Source: a virus. Taken from it: a DNA stretch of 64,000 nt. The stretch is taken from the IMG/VR virus record IMGVR_UViG_3300037628_000643, positions 1 through 64,000 of that record. One strand, 5' to 3'. Positions 24,836-35,347 of the stretch are shown here, piece by piece. The translations under genes were made by a program, and so were the position numbers. Every line of letters starts with the position of its first letter. Position 1 is the stretch's first letter. The notes under the pieces are model-generated. The model had not been told where the DNA came from and ran no database searches. It saw only the letters and a list, made by a program, of their open reading frames with translations.

Positions 24836-26045
24836 TTTCTTTAAACCTCCTTACCTTTTTAATTCGTTCTTGGCGCAATAACTCGCCAAACAATTTGCCG
24901 GAAATCAACCTTGCACCCAAGTTATCGATTGTCTCTTCTTCATTTTCGATTGATGCTAAATACGCACCGCGTAAAAAATTCCTTTGAGGATAACTTTCAA
25001 CCCTTGGCAATCTGCCCATAGCATCACAATGGCAGCAATCAATGAAATCTTGAAGCAACGATTTGTTTGAGTATGCACCTACTCTCTGTAGTAAGTCAAC
25101 TATTTTTTTAGCGCGCATATCCATAATTGCATGCATGCGTGTGTGCTGCTCGCAAACAAGCATTGCTAGTTCACGATAGCTTTTTGGCACAGATAGTCTG
25201 TCACAGAAATCTTTTACAGCAGATAACCCCGCTTGGTCATGACCATAGAGATTTCCTCTTTCGTTGTGACAAATTGGTTTACCAGTATCATGTAGAAGGG
25301 CAGCCCACTTAACCATTGGCGATAATCCGTAATAAGAACATCTCTCCAGAACCATCAATGTATGCGTAAGAACATCTTTTTCGGCATGATGCTCTTTGGG
25401 TTGAGGAATGTTATCGCAAGCCCATAATTCTTTAAACCAAATATGCTCACCTGCTTTGTGTAAAAACTTAAAAAACAAATGAGAATAAGGCTCGCTTAAT
25501 GCCTTCTCGGTCTCTGCCCACACCCTTTCTTTAGTTAGGTATTCCCAGTCACTAGAGTCGATAATCTGACGGCATAAAGACATTGTTTCGGGCGCTACAG
25601 TCCATTCAGGGCCAAAGCGAGCCAAGAACCTTGCTACGCGCAAAACTCTAACTGGGTCTTCTAAAAATGCATCGCTAGTGTGTCTCAGTATTTTATTTTC
25701 GATATCTACCTGACCGTCAAACGGATCAATGATAGTGCCTTCAAAATCCATGGCGATACTGTTGATGGTTAAATCTCTACGCTGTAAATCTTCAATGAGA
25801 GTGACACCTTTTGTCTCTACGGAAAAGCCACCATAGCCATCTCCTGTTTTTCTCTCAACGCGAGCCAAAGCATACTCATCTCCAGTCTGCGGATGAAGGA
25901 AAACCGGAAACTCAGATCCAACCAGCTTGTAGTCCATAAACTCCATCAATTCAACTGAGGAATCTACCACAACATAATCAATGTCTTTTGGCTCGATCCC
26001 CATAATGGAGTCTCTGACATAGCCACCGACTTTGTATTCTTCCAT
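24822..26045 (-). CDS. cca: Multifunctional CCA-adding tRNA nucleotidyltransferase with HD phosphatase domain
   Basis: VGGYVRD…DIDYVV, EYALAR, EDLQRRDLTINS, EDPVRVLRVARF, LLHDTGK. Confidence 0.93.
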   Translation of the reverse strand: MEEYKVGGYVRDSIMGIEPKDIDYVVVDSSVELMEFMDYKLVGSEFPVFLHPQTGDEYALARVERKTGDGYGGFSVETKGVTLIEDLQRRDLTINSIAMDFEGTIIDPFDGQVDIENKILRHTSDAFLEDPVRVLRVARFLARFGPEWTVAPETMSLCRQIIDSSDWEYLTKERVWAETEKALSEPYSHLFFKFLHKAGEHIWFKELWACDNIPQPKEHHAEKDVLTHTLMVLERCSYYGLSPMVKWAALLHDTGKPICHNERGNLYGHDQAGLSAVKDFCDRLSVPKSYRELAMLVCEQHTRMHAIMDMRAKKIVDLLQRVGAYSNKSLLQDFIDCCHCDAMGRLPRVESYPQRNFLRGAYLASIENEEETIDNLGARLISGKLFGELLRQERIKKVRRFKENEFN

Positions 26046-26603
26046 GACTAATCCTCCTCCTTTTCAACCAAGTACGCAGGAACGCTGCAGCAAAGCACGC
26101 AAGCATGGTTGTTTGTAATGTGATTTTTAAATGTTAGCTCACAATCATCCTTGCAGTCGATACACAAATAATCTGCATTAAAAATAATCTCTGATAGTTT
26201 TTCTTGATGATTCATTCCAACACCCCTGTATCCCTAAGAAGACTTACCACACCCATCATGTTTGCTCCTAGTGTCCACCCGTTTACTGCAGCTAAAGCGC
26301 TTTTTTTATTCTGCACACAAATAACCATTAACACTCCAAATACAACGCACATAATTATTCTAAATATAAGCATCATTCACCTCCTATTTATTGATTATTT
26401 TAAATGTTATGCAATTCTATAACCCGTATGCCCACAACCTTCACAATGAATTCTCTTTTGTGGAGGGTACGACATTAATGTTTGGTCTGGATTCGTATCG
26501 AACAGCTCATTACTACAATTCGGGCATCCAAGTCCATTTGGTTTTGGGTCGCTAGGATTTTTGTACATTTTCGCTCTTTCTTCATTGTGCTCGACTAATG
26601 ATT

Positions 26604-27143
26604 TCATTGAAAATGCAACCTCTCATTGTTGTTAGTTTCACCCAAAGTACCACAATCCCTTAAGACAATCAAGCGTTTTCTTATGTCTTCGCTATAATTT
26701 AATCCTTTTTCACTTAGCCAGTCATTCCCTTCATTGTAACTAGATCTTACGAACTTCCAATTACCTTTGTGGCGCTTATACCAGTACTTAAGCTCAAGAA
26801 TAGCTAGGTGCAGAGATAGGTTGTCATTATCAACTAGTTGCTGAGCAAGCACATTCCGATTGAAAGAAGTATCTTTTCGCTCAAGCCTAGTTAAGCTGTA
26901 CTTCAAGTGGTTTTGCGCTATTCCAGCCGCTGGGTCACGGATGTTTATCTTCCATAACCCAGCGTTAGACTCCTTCCACACAATAGCTGCTAGCGTGTAA
27001 CCCATATCATGCGGCTCCCCATAATGGTAAGACCAGCGCAGAGTATCAATCTGTGCCGTGGAGAGTTTATCGACATCTTTGCATGTATATGCAGAAGAAA
27101 ATGAGCTTATTGTTATTGTTATTAGTGCAATAAAGAATTTCAA
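26604..27143 (-). CDS. Exported SLT/lysozyme-like transglycosylase
   Basis: Signal peptide; LAAIVWKESNAG with catalytic Glu; SYNEG. Confidence 0.7.
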   Translation of the reverse strand: MKFFIALITITISSFSSAYTCKDVDKLSTAQIDTLRWSYHYGEPHDMGYTLAAIVWKESNAGLWKINIRDPAAGIAQNHLKYSLTRLERKDTSFNRNVLAQQLVDNDNLSLHLAILELKYWYKRHKGNWKFVRSSYNEGNDWLSEKGLNYSEDIRKRLIVLRDCGTLGETNNNERLHFQ

Positions 27144-27146
27144 CTG

Positions 27147-28716
27147 CTACCCTCCTAACTTATTGGATATTTCTTTGATTTGTCGGTATCGACATTTTTC
27201 ATGATGACAATCTATATCAGGTGTTTTTGTGCAGCAAGTACAACTACCAGTCTGCAGCTTCAGTAGCGACCATTTAGCATTTTTAGCGCCTTCCTTCAAG
27301 GATTCGATCTCATGAATCATAGAAAGAATAAAGCTATCGCCAGTTTCATTGCGCCATAACTCTCCATGGCGTAAAACGGAAATAGTTCCTCCATCAACTT
27401 CGACTTCGTACTTTCCGTTTTCTAGAGAGATGGCGATCACTTTCCCGCACACTGCTTGAAACCAGACAAGACGTAAAGAGCAACGTTAAGATCAAGAGTA
27501 TCAACAGAAGTCTCATCAGGAGCCCATGGGAGTGATGCAGTAACTTTATAAACAACGCCACCAGAGGTTGCAACAGACTCAATGTAATAACATTCTGGTT
27601 TATGATCGCTAGCTAAGGCTGTAATTAAAAGAATACCAAGTGATGATACTACACAAAAAAATACAAATCCGATCCACTGATCTGTTTTTGCATTTACAAT
27701 TCCTTCAAAAAACTTTTTCATAATTGTTCTCCTGTATTATTGAATTCCGAACTCTTCTGCTATTTCAGAGAAGATTACTTTGTTTGACTTACCATTATCC
27801 GTTGATAGTGACTGAATTCCGCTCGGCTGAAAACAAAGGCCATCTCCCTCACCCAGAACCCATATATGCAAACCCTTCATTTCAGAAAAATCATTCACCT
27901 GTAATTCCAATAATAGTCTCCGAATAACTTCACAACCGTAAGCTGTTCCTACTCTTCGTTCTGATTTCTTATCGTATGTATCCAAGGCGATTCCGCCAAC
28001 ACCTTGACAGCCTCCATCTTCATGTTCAACATTTATCCAAAAATTCAATATTCCACGTTCCCGAATCTCAAGGGTCGCACTGCGTATTTTGGCTAGTTGT
28101 TTGTTCATAAGCTATTCCAATACACAACGCGCTCTTCAGCAAAAGTAATTGCCTCTTCTATTTTTGATTTGTCACCATCCGCAGGGAGCATTTCTAATGC
28201 CGTATTTAGAGACTCAAGCCAAACTTCTGCGCCCGCTTTCGCCGTATCGAATTCAAGCTCATTCATTTTTACATTGATCATTTGTTTCTCCTATTTAAAA
28301 TCACTGGTTATATTAAACGATTTAAAATCGTCATTGTCAAATACTAATTCAACTTCGCACTCTTGCACTTTATCAATTCGAAAGAAAGCTGGTTGCTTGC
28401 TGTATTTATTCGCCCAAGTATCAATTGCAACTGACAGCAAAGTATCGAGCATAGCCGTCTCTTCTTTGCTTATTTTAGTTAGAAAATCATTTGACAACTC
28501 GCCGAATTCTTCCCACGCTTCATCTTCTATGGAGTCAATAATGCTCTCGGCATCGATAAACTCAGATGCAAATACTTCTCCCTTGACTCCGCGATAGATG
28601 GTTAGTGTATTTCCTTTGTAGCCATTATCTATGCAATCACTAATCTCTTGCCACATATCAGCGTTGGCATGAGCAAAGCTATATTCATCATAGGAATAAA
28701 TAAAATCTTCTTCCAT
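27147..28716 (-). other. Leftward hypothetical genes at the start of the early operon
   Basis: ORFs 27147, 27437, 27737, 28291 and a short ORF ending near 28105. Confidence 0.7.
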
Positions 28717-28746
28717 ATTTTTCTCCTTTATTAATTTATGAGTGGC

Positions 28747-28775
28747 ACTATAAATTAAAATATCTTCATTTGCAA
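28747..28775 (-). promoter_or_regulatory. Sigma70-type early promoter
   Basis: TTGCAA-17 nt-TATAGT. Confidence 0.75.
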
Positions 28776-28908
28776 GTGTATTTTGATATTAATGTGCTAT
28801 TATCATTTGGTGCGCTAGGTTTAGCGGCTGAATCCTCTATAACTCCTCAGAATTAGGGTTGCGCATTCCATCTTTAATTTAACTTACATCTGAGGCTGAG
28901 GAAATACA

Positions 28909-29841
28909 ATGAAAGCAAAAGATATAAAAGTAGGCGATAGATTTAGTAAGTGGCTCGTAACATCTGGGCCAAATGTAGTGAAATCTATAGACCCTAATGG
29001 AAAAAAAAGAAATAGAACGAACTGGGATTGCTTTTGTACCTCATGTGGTACAACAAACAAGAAGGTCGTAGCCACCGACCTAGTCGCTGGAAAATCAACA
29101 AAGTGCTTGGGCTGTATGAAAAAACACAACAATATCCACGAAGGATTTGTTAGTAACGATTGGATCGTCAAAAGAAGAAGTGCTCCTCCTAAGAGCAGAT
29201 CTCATTGGCTTTGCAGATGCAAGTGCGGAAAAGAAGTTGATGTATATGCCTCTGACTTGAATAATGGCAAATCTAAAAGATGCCTAGAGTGTGGCTTTAA
29301 GTCGAACATGAAGCATCCGGCTGTAGTGGTAGGTAAAAGGTACAACAAGTGGACTGCAATAAAGAGATGTACAAGAGATAGGCAGGAAGCCTATGAGTGC
29401 GAATGCGTGTGCGGATACAGAAAAAAGATACTTGGTAGTGTACTTAGATCTGGAAAATCAAGGCAGTGCAGGCGTTGTGCGAGTATTCATATCCATGGGT
29501 TTAGACGTAGCGATTTTATATTAGCTGCAAAGCGAAAAAATATAAAAGATAAGTGCATGCTATACATAATTGAGTGCTCGTCTGGAGACGAACTATTTTA
29601 TAAGATAGGAATAACAACTAATACTATAGAAAAAAGATATCCAACACACAATACAATGCCATACAAATACACTATTAAGTACAGTTTTTTTTCGTCAGCG
29701 TCCATTATATGGGATCTAGAAAAAGAGCTTCATAAGAATCATAAGGAATCTGGATTTCATTATGTCCCTATAATTGTATTCGGAGGTATGTATGAATGCT
29801 TCTCATCTTTACTTCCCGATATCGAGAGTATGCTAAAATAG
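28909..29841 (+). CDS. Free-standing homing-endonuclease-like protein (Cys repeats + GIY-YIG/T5orf172-like domain)
   Basis: Three C-x-C…GKS-x-x-C-x-x-C repeats; LYIIEC…FYKIGITT…LEKELH…YECF. Confidence 0.75.
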   Translation: MKAKDIKVGDRFSKWLVTSGPNVVKSIDPNGKKRNRTNWDCFCTSCGTTNKKVVATDLVAGKSTKCLGCMKKHNNIHEGFVSNDWIVKRRSAPPKSRSHWLCRCKCGKEVDVYASDLNNGKSKRCLECGFKSNMKHPAVVVGKRYNKWTAIKRCTRDRQEAYECECVCGYRKKILGSVLRSGKSRQCRRCASIHIHGFRRSDFILAAKRKNIKDKCMLYIIECSSGDELFYKIGITTNTIEKRYPTHNTMPYKYTIKYSFFSSASIIWDLEKELHKNHKESGFHYVPIIVFGGMYECFSSLLPDIESMLK

Positions 29842-29858
29842 GCTCTTTAGGAGCCCCT

Positions 29859-31358
29859 ATGATTGAACAATCCCCATTACTACGTCAACTTACAATTGAA
29901 GAAATAGAAGCTCAAGAAGTTGAGTTGGCCGAAACAGTCTTCAAAGATAAAAGTGAAGCATTTCTTAAGACTAGAATGTGGATACATACGCATCCTATGG
30001 ATTCAATGAATCAGCTGAAGGTATTATCGAAAGAACACCCAAAGTTTCTTGATATTCTACACGACCCTGAGTTATGGTTGCGCAAAGATCAGATGTTTGA
30101 CTTTGAGGACGGAAAAGATATTCTTCTCTATCTTGCAGGCAGATCAATAGGTAAATCAAAAAAAGCTTCTTTCACAGTAATAAAAGAAGCAATGAGAGAG
30201 AAGCAAAGAATATCTTTGTGGAGTCCAACTTACAAAATGTGCAAGGGCATCAGCTTTGAAGGGGACTCAGGAATACTGGAGACCATGCACCCAGATCTTC
30301 TTAAAAAATGCGAATACAACAAGACATTGCTTCAACTTCGATTTCCTAATGGCAGTCTACTGGAATCGTTCTCAGCTTCTGAGTTTGATAACAGCCGTGG
30401 TAGCCAGAGTAGCCTTGGCCTAGCAGAAGAATTAGCTCAATGGCCTGAAGAAGCATGGAATGCCATGAAAATGACCATTCGTCTCGGCAAAAACCCAAGG
30501 ATCTTAGTTCTTACTACTCCAAGGCCCACAAAATTAATTAAAACTCTTGCGGCAGCGGATAATGTTAAGGTTGTTAAAGGAACTACTTATCAAAATTATT
30601 TCATTACTCCCCAATATGTAAAGCAATTAACAATAGACTTACCAGAAAGAATGATGCGCCAGGAATTACTGGCAGAAGTATTATCTGACAACGTATACGC
30701 GCTGTTCAAAATGTCAGATATTATTGCTAATGACATTAAGCTAGAAGATGTGCCATTCGAGTCAATGATCAGATTCGTCATTGGAGTTGACCCTGCGGTT
30801 TCAACTAACGAAAATTCAGACTTAACTGGTATAGTTGTTGCAGGGCAGGACAAAAACGGAGTTATGTACATTATTGATGACAAGACAATGAAGGGAACCC
30901 CTGAGCAATGGTCTGCAGAAGTAATTCGTCTTTACACCAAATATAATTCATACTCAGCTGATTGCAGGATAGTGGTGGAGAAAAACCAAGGCGGAGATCT
31001 ATTGAAGTCAGTCCTATATACTGCATCAAGATCTATGCTTGACGGCGCTATACCTTCTGTACAATTAGTCCACAGCTATAAAGGCAAAGCACTAAGAGCA
31101 GAGGCTCCAGCAGCAGCAGTGGAACGTGGTGAAGTTAAGTTTGTCTCTGAGAATCTAAAGGAGCTTATCTTCGAAATGACCGAGTGGAACCCAACAGATA
31201 CTAAGCAAGCCTCGCCGAATAGACTTGATTCCGCGATCTTCGCAACTACGGGAATGCTCAAAAGTCCAGCGACAATTATCACATCCTCATACGGTGGGAT
31301 TGATAAAAAAGAATTTGGGACAAAAGATAAAGTCAATAAATACTGCGGCTACAGATAA
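29859..31358 (+). CDS. terL: Terminase large subunit
   Basis: Walker A AGRSIGKS, Walker B LAEE, LTTPRP, nuclease IGVDPA…SDLTGIVV, VEKNQGG, SPNRLDS; AGGAG RBS before ATG 29859. Confidence 0.92.
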   Translation: MIEQSPLLRQLTIEEIEAQEVELAETVFKDKSEAFLKTRMWIHTHPMDSMNQLKVLSKEHPKFLDILHDPELWLRKDQMFDFEDGKDILLYLAGRSIGKSKKASFTVIKEAMREKQRISLWSPTYKMCKGISFEGDSGILETMHPDLLKKCEYNKTLLQLRFPNGSLLESFSASEFDNSRGSQSSLGLAEELAQWPEEAWNAMKMTIRLGKNPRILVLTTPRPTKLIKTLAAADNVKVVKGTTYQNYFITPQYVKQLTIDLPERMMRQELLAEVLSDNVYALFKMSDIIANDIKLEDVPFESMIRFVIGVDPAVSTNENSDLTGIVVAGQDKNGVMYIIDDKTMKGTPEQWSAEVIRLYTKYNSYSADCRIVVEKNQGGDLLKSVLYTASRSMLDGAIPSVQLVHSYKGKALRAEAPAAAVERGEVKFVSENLKELIFEMTEWNPTDTKQASPNRLDSAIFATTGMLKSPATIITSSYGGIDKKEFGTKDKVNKYCGYR

Positions 31359-31386
31359 GTGATATAATCCACAAAAGGAGATTATT

Positions 31387-31722
31387 ATGCTAACACTTAG
31401 AAGATTGCCTATCAGTGACGGTCATCCTATGGATTCGGCAGCTATTGATATTTTTTATAATAACGAAGAGATCACACTTGTTTTGGATCAGGTTCAAGAC
31501 AATCTATCTGTGTGGAGAGTCTTTTCTACTGATTGGGGTGACGAGAAATATTATCCCCAAACTATAGCGCTAACATTCAACCAGCCACTTAAGGTGAATA
31601 ACTGGTTAAAAATCTATGGCGCAAGATCAGCTATGAGCGGTGAGGCAGCGATTCACCTTGGCGCACCAAAAGACGCGATTATAAATCGTCGGGATAGAGC
31701 GGATAGGACAAATCGTAAATGA
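31387..31722 (+). CDS. Hypothetical protein between terL and portal
   Basis: AAGGAG RBS and extended -10 upstream. Confidence 0.65.
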   Translation: MLTLRRLPISDGHPMDSAAIDIFYNNEEITLVLDQVQDNLSVWRVFSTDWGDEKYYPQTIALTFNQPLKVNNWLKIYGARSAMSGEAAIHLGAPKDAIINRRDRADRTNRK

Positions 31723-33242
31723 CAATTAATACTGGTGGACTGAGTAAATCCATACGATCTCAATACTTTGCCAATCAATTTGAGCAGAATAGAATTATCC
31801 GTGATCTTGATGTTGGACTAGCAGCACTGCGCGGCGGTGGAGCAGACATCATGAGCTCAGGAACTGCAGACACAGCTTATTTGCCAAGGTTTGAAAACGA
31901 ACCCGATGAATTTTACTTTATACGCATCCGAAGAACATATTTAACCAATTACTTTAAGCGCGCAATCGTATCTGATAGCGGAAAGATTCTTGCTAATAAT
32001 GTCATGGTTTCTATTGATAAGAAAACAAATGACGACATACCTTCACCCTTCAGGGAATGGGTAGCGAACATGAATCTTGATGGCGACAATTTAACCATGA
32101 TGATTCAAAATCAGCTTAAGAGTGGTATGGCCAAAGGCATTTCGCTCATAATGACAGATTATGATTCTGAAGCAAAGAGACCATACACTCGTGAAATAGA
32201 TATTGACTCGGTATTATCTTTCAAGTCAAATCCAAAAACTGGTCGTTTAAAGCAGATTAAATTCTTGTTTAATGTTGTTTCAGATAGCGAAGAGGACTTT
32301 CAATTAGTTCCTTCTATCTTTGAGGTAAACCCAACAACATGGAAAATATACGATAACGACACTGACGACGTAATTGACGAAGGCGAGATAATAAGATATA
32401 GGAATAATGGCAAAGATCGTATAACTGACGAGATACCAGTTGATGTTTTTTATACCAACAAGACAGGACAAATGCTTGCTCAAAGCCCATACCAAGGCTT
32501 AGCAGAGCTAACTATTGAACACTATCAAGTCTACTCTGACATCAAAAATATGATGTTTTACGCACTAACACCGATACTAACAGCAATCAACGCGCCTACA
32601 GATTTCGAGATAACAATGCTTGCATCATATATGTTCGTTAAGATGCCTGCTACAGGCGACGTTTCACCAGAATTAAAGTGGACTCAAGTTGATACTGGCG
32701 CACTAGAGCAGGGACAGAAACAGCTTGAAGGCATTGAAAGGCGAATCTCGACATACTCAATTGATTCAAATTCTCTGCGTCCTGGCACCATTACCGCAAC
32801 ACAAGCGTCAATGGAAGGTGCAGGCACTAATGCTGCGTTAAAATCATTTGCAGTAGCATTATCAGAGCATGTCCAAAACATACTAACAACAATGGTTAGC
32901 TACACATTCGAGAACGTTAAAGAGATAAAGGGTTATATTGCCCCTGAGTTTAATTCTCTTGAAACAGACAAAGAAATGCGCGTACTACTTGAGATGCGTA
33001 GAAATGGCGACCTGTCTCCAGAGTCAATAGTTGATGCAGCTATCCAGCGTAAGTTGTTACCGCCTGATTTTGATAAGACTAAGAACACTGAAGGAATTAT
33101 GAAAGAGCTTGATGAAATGATTGAACTGGGAGAAGCAAAAGCCAAGTTCGAATCAAGAATGAATAAATCACAGCAAGCATCAGATGGATTGATGTCCAAA
33201 GATGGAAAAGAAGAAATTAGTGGTAAACCACGCGACGCATAG
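31719..33242 (+). CDS. Portal protein (DUF4055-like)
   Basis: YLPRFENE…Y…R, LAELTIEHYQ-x-x-SD, TATQA; position after terL. Confidence 0.85.
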   Translation: MTINTGGLSKSIRSQYFANQFEQNRIIRDLDVGLAALRGGGADIMSSGTADTAYLPRFENEPDEFYFIRIRRTYLTNYFKRAIVSDSGKILANNVMVSIDKKTNDDIPSPFREWVANMNLDGDNLTMMIQNQLKSGMAKGISLIMTDYDSEAKRPYTREIDIDSVLSFKSNPKTGRLKQIKFLFNVVSDSEEDFQLVPSIFEVNPTTWKIYDNDTDDVIDEGEIIRYRNNGKDRITDEIPVDVFYTNKTGQMLAQSPYQGLAELTIEHYQVYSDIKNMMFYALTPILTAINAPTDFEITMLASYMFVKMPATGDVSPELKWTQVDTGALEQGQKQLEGIERRISTYSIDSNSLRPGTITATQASMEGAGTNAALKSFAVALSEHVQNILTTMVSYTFENVKEIKGYIAPEFNSLETDKEMRVLLEMRRNGDLSPESIVDAAIQRKLLPPDFDKTKNTEGIMKELDEMIELGEAKAKFESRMNKSQQASDGLMSKDGKEEISGKPRDA

Positions 33243-33323
33243 TCTTGTGGTATAATCGCTGTTCACGGAGGTATGGAGGTTTTCTTCATGCGCTAGGCGT
33301 AAATAAGAGAAAAGGTAAATAAA

Positions 33324-34127
33324 ATGCCAGATATAGACTTAAATGACGAAGCAGTTAAAGCAGCAATTACGGCAGAAGCTACAAAGATCGCAAACCAAAC
33401 GATTGAAGATAACTATGTACCTGTAAGTGACATCGAAGGGTTAAAGAATAAAAACACTGAGCTATTAACATCTCTTGCCAAAAACAAAGAAAAGTTTGCA
33501 GGGCTTGAAGAGGGTGACGTAGTAGAGCTTTTGCGAATCAAGGAAGCGCGAGAAAAAGACAAGTTCATCGACCTGATTATGACGGGCAAGACCGAAGAAG
33601 CAAGAACCTTGGCTGCTGAAGGTGCCGTGGCACCATGGAAAGAGCAGGCGACTGATCTAAGAAGTCAGTTCGAAACCGCACAAGGAAAAATCTCTGAATT
33701 TGAGCATGAAATAAAGACACGAGATTCTCGCATTGCAGACATGCAGAAGCGTCAATATCTTCGAGAGCTAGTTGCTGGAGATGACTCATTCAAAGATGAT
33801 TACTTCGATGATTACTATACGTTAAATGCCAAGTTTATTGATATCAACTCTGAGAATGGCGATGTCAATGCCATTGATTCAGTAGGTAAGCCGATCCTTA
33901 ATACTAACGGAGAGCGTGTTTCGTTTGCTGAGCACTACGACAAGCAAAAAGCCAAGAACGGATTGTTCTGGACTCCAGGCGCTGGATCTACTGCGAAAGG
34001 CGTTTCAGGCGATGGTAGTCATTTAGGTAGTGACCCAAGTAAATGGGCACGACAGGACAAACTTGATTACATTGGCAAACATGGGCCAGCGGCTTACGGA
34101 GCGCTTCTGCAGGAAGCTAAGAAATAA
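33324..34127 (+). CDS. Capsid scaffolding protein
   Basis: GLKNKNTELL coiled coil, Gly-rich linker, C-terminal KLDYIGKHG helix. Confidence 0.8.
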   Translation: MPDIDLNDEAVKAAITAEATKIANQTIEDNYVPVSDIEGLKNKNTELLTSLAKNKEKFAGLEEGDVVELLRIKEAREKDKFIDLIMTGKTEEARTLAAEGAVAPWKEQATDLRSQFETAQGKISEFEHEIKTRDSRIADMQKRQYLRELVAGDDSFKDDYFDDYYTLNAKFIDINSENGDVNAIDSVGKPILNTNGERVSFAEHYDKQKAKNGLFWTPGAGSTAKGVSGDGSHLGSDPSKWARQDKLDYIGKHGPAAYGALLQEAKK

Positions 34128-34155
34128 AAAAGCTTTACAGATAAAAAATAATATG

Positions 34156-34182
34156 ATACCCTCTAAATGAGGGTATTTTTTT
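34156..34182 (+). terminator. Intrinsic terminator
   Basis: ATACCCTC-TAAAT-GAGGGTAT followed by T-run. Confidence 0.8.
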
Positions 34183-34203
34183 GTGTAAAATAAGGAGAAT
34201 TGA

Positions 34204-35238
34204 GTGGCAGGATATATAGTAAATGTAGGAGATGTTTTTAGCGAACTAACCGTAATAAGCGGGCCAATAAAAACACCAAAAGGAAAGCGATGGAAGGTGA
34301 GGTGTAGTTGCGATAATGAGTTTGAGGTAACTAACTCATCATTGGGCGCTGGACGTATTACTAAGTGTAGGTATTGCGCTAACGGAAAGACACCTCCAGT
34401 AAAAACAGGTGATATCTATGGTGATCTTGAAATACTTGAAAAATCTGAAAGAAATGGACGCAAGTACTTTATTGTCAAATGCCTTAGATGTAACGAGACA
34501 ACATTTGAAATTAGAGAAGATTCAATCAAAAGATCTAAGAGGCAGTCTTGTGCGCCTTGTGCAAGAACCAAAGGAGAGCCAACTAAAGTAGGCGACATAT
34601 TCGGAGTTCTTACCGTGACTGCTTTTTTGGGGCTTAGTGGGCTTGGTAAAAAGATGTGGTCTTGCGTTTGCGACTGCGGAAAAACCAAAGATTATATTGA
34701 TAATAATTTAAGGTCTAGAGCTGCTGACGCTGAGTGTAGCTGCAAAACATCACTTGGCGACCCAACAAGGGTAGGGGATGTTTACGGAAATTTAACCGTC
34801 CTTAATATATTTAATAACGAAAAAAGATGGCGCAAAGCTACATGCAAATGCACTTGCGGTAGCGTGAGCGACAGAGATCTTATAAGCCTAAGAAATGGAG
34901 CTGCAAAAAGCTGCGGATGCCTAGGCAACACCTATAGCCGAAGTGATTTTATTAAGCTTTCCTCTAAAGGTATCGCCACGCTATATACGATAAAGTGTGA
35001 GGGTAACAATGAAAAGTTTTTCAAGATAGGAATAACAACAAGAACGGTAAAGAAGAGATTCAGTGCGAAGGAATTGATGCCTTATAAGTACAAAATAGTG
35101 AAAGAAACAAAAGGAGAGGCCGGTTACATATGGGATCTAGAAAGAGAGCTTCATAAGAAGCATAGTAATCATAGCTATTCTCCTAAAATAAAGTTCAATG
35201 GCTATACTGAATGCTTTAGTGAAATCATAGACATATAA
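34204..35238 (+). CDS. Homing-endonuclease-like protein, paralog of 28909
   Basis: Four Cys repeats (GDxxG-x-L…CxC); FFKIGITT…WDLERELH…YTECF. Confidence 0.75.
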   Translation: MAGYIVNVGDVFSELTVISGPIKTPKGKRWKVRCSCDNEFEVTNSSLGAGRITKCRYCANGKTPPVKTGDIYGDLEILEKSERNGRKYFIVKCLRCNETTFEIREDSIKRSKRQSCAPCARTKGEPTKVGDIFGVLTVTAFLGLSGLGKKMWSCVCDCGKTKDYIDNNLRSRAADAECSCKTSLGDPTRVGDVYGNLTVLNIFNNEKRWRKATCKCTCGSVSDRDLISLRNGAAKSCGCLGNTYSRSDFIKLSSKGIATLYTIKCEGNNEKFFKIGITTRTVKKRFSAKELMPYKYKIVKETKGEAGYIWDLERELHKKHSNHSYSPKIKFNGYTECFSEIIDI

Positions 35239-35347
35239 AAAGAACATAAAAAACACCTTTTAAAGGATGTGTTATAATGCGTACATTAGTAGTTGCTAGG
35301 CAACTCAAAACAACGTTTTTCTAGCAATTATTTAAAAGGTAAAAATC

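Noticed and set aside
28279-28293. TAG in frame with the next ATG (possible fusion)
   Set aside because: The spacer is just the AGGAG RBS; in-frame by chance one time in three
28810-28870. tRNA-like appearance
   Set aside because: No T-loop (TTCRA) or cloverleaf; treated as a leader structure
30412-30443. TerL Walker B reads LAEE instead of DE
   Set aside because: EE variants occur in other terminases; not evidence of inactivity
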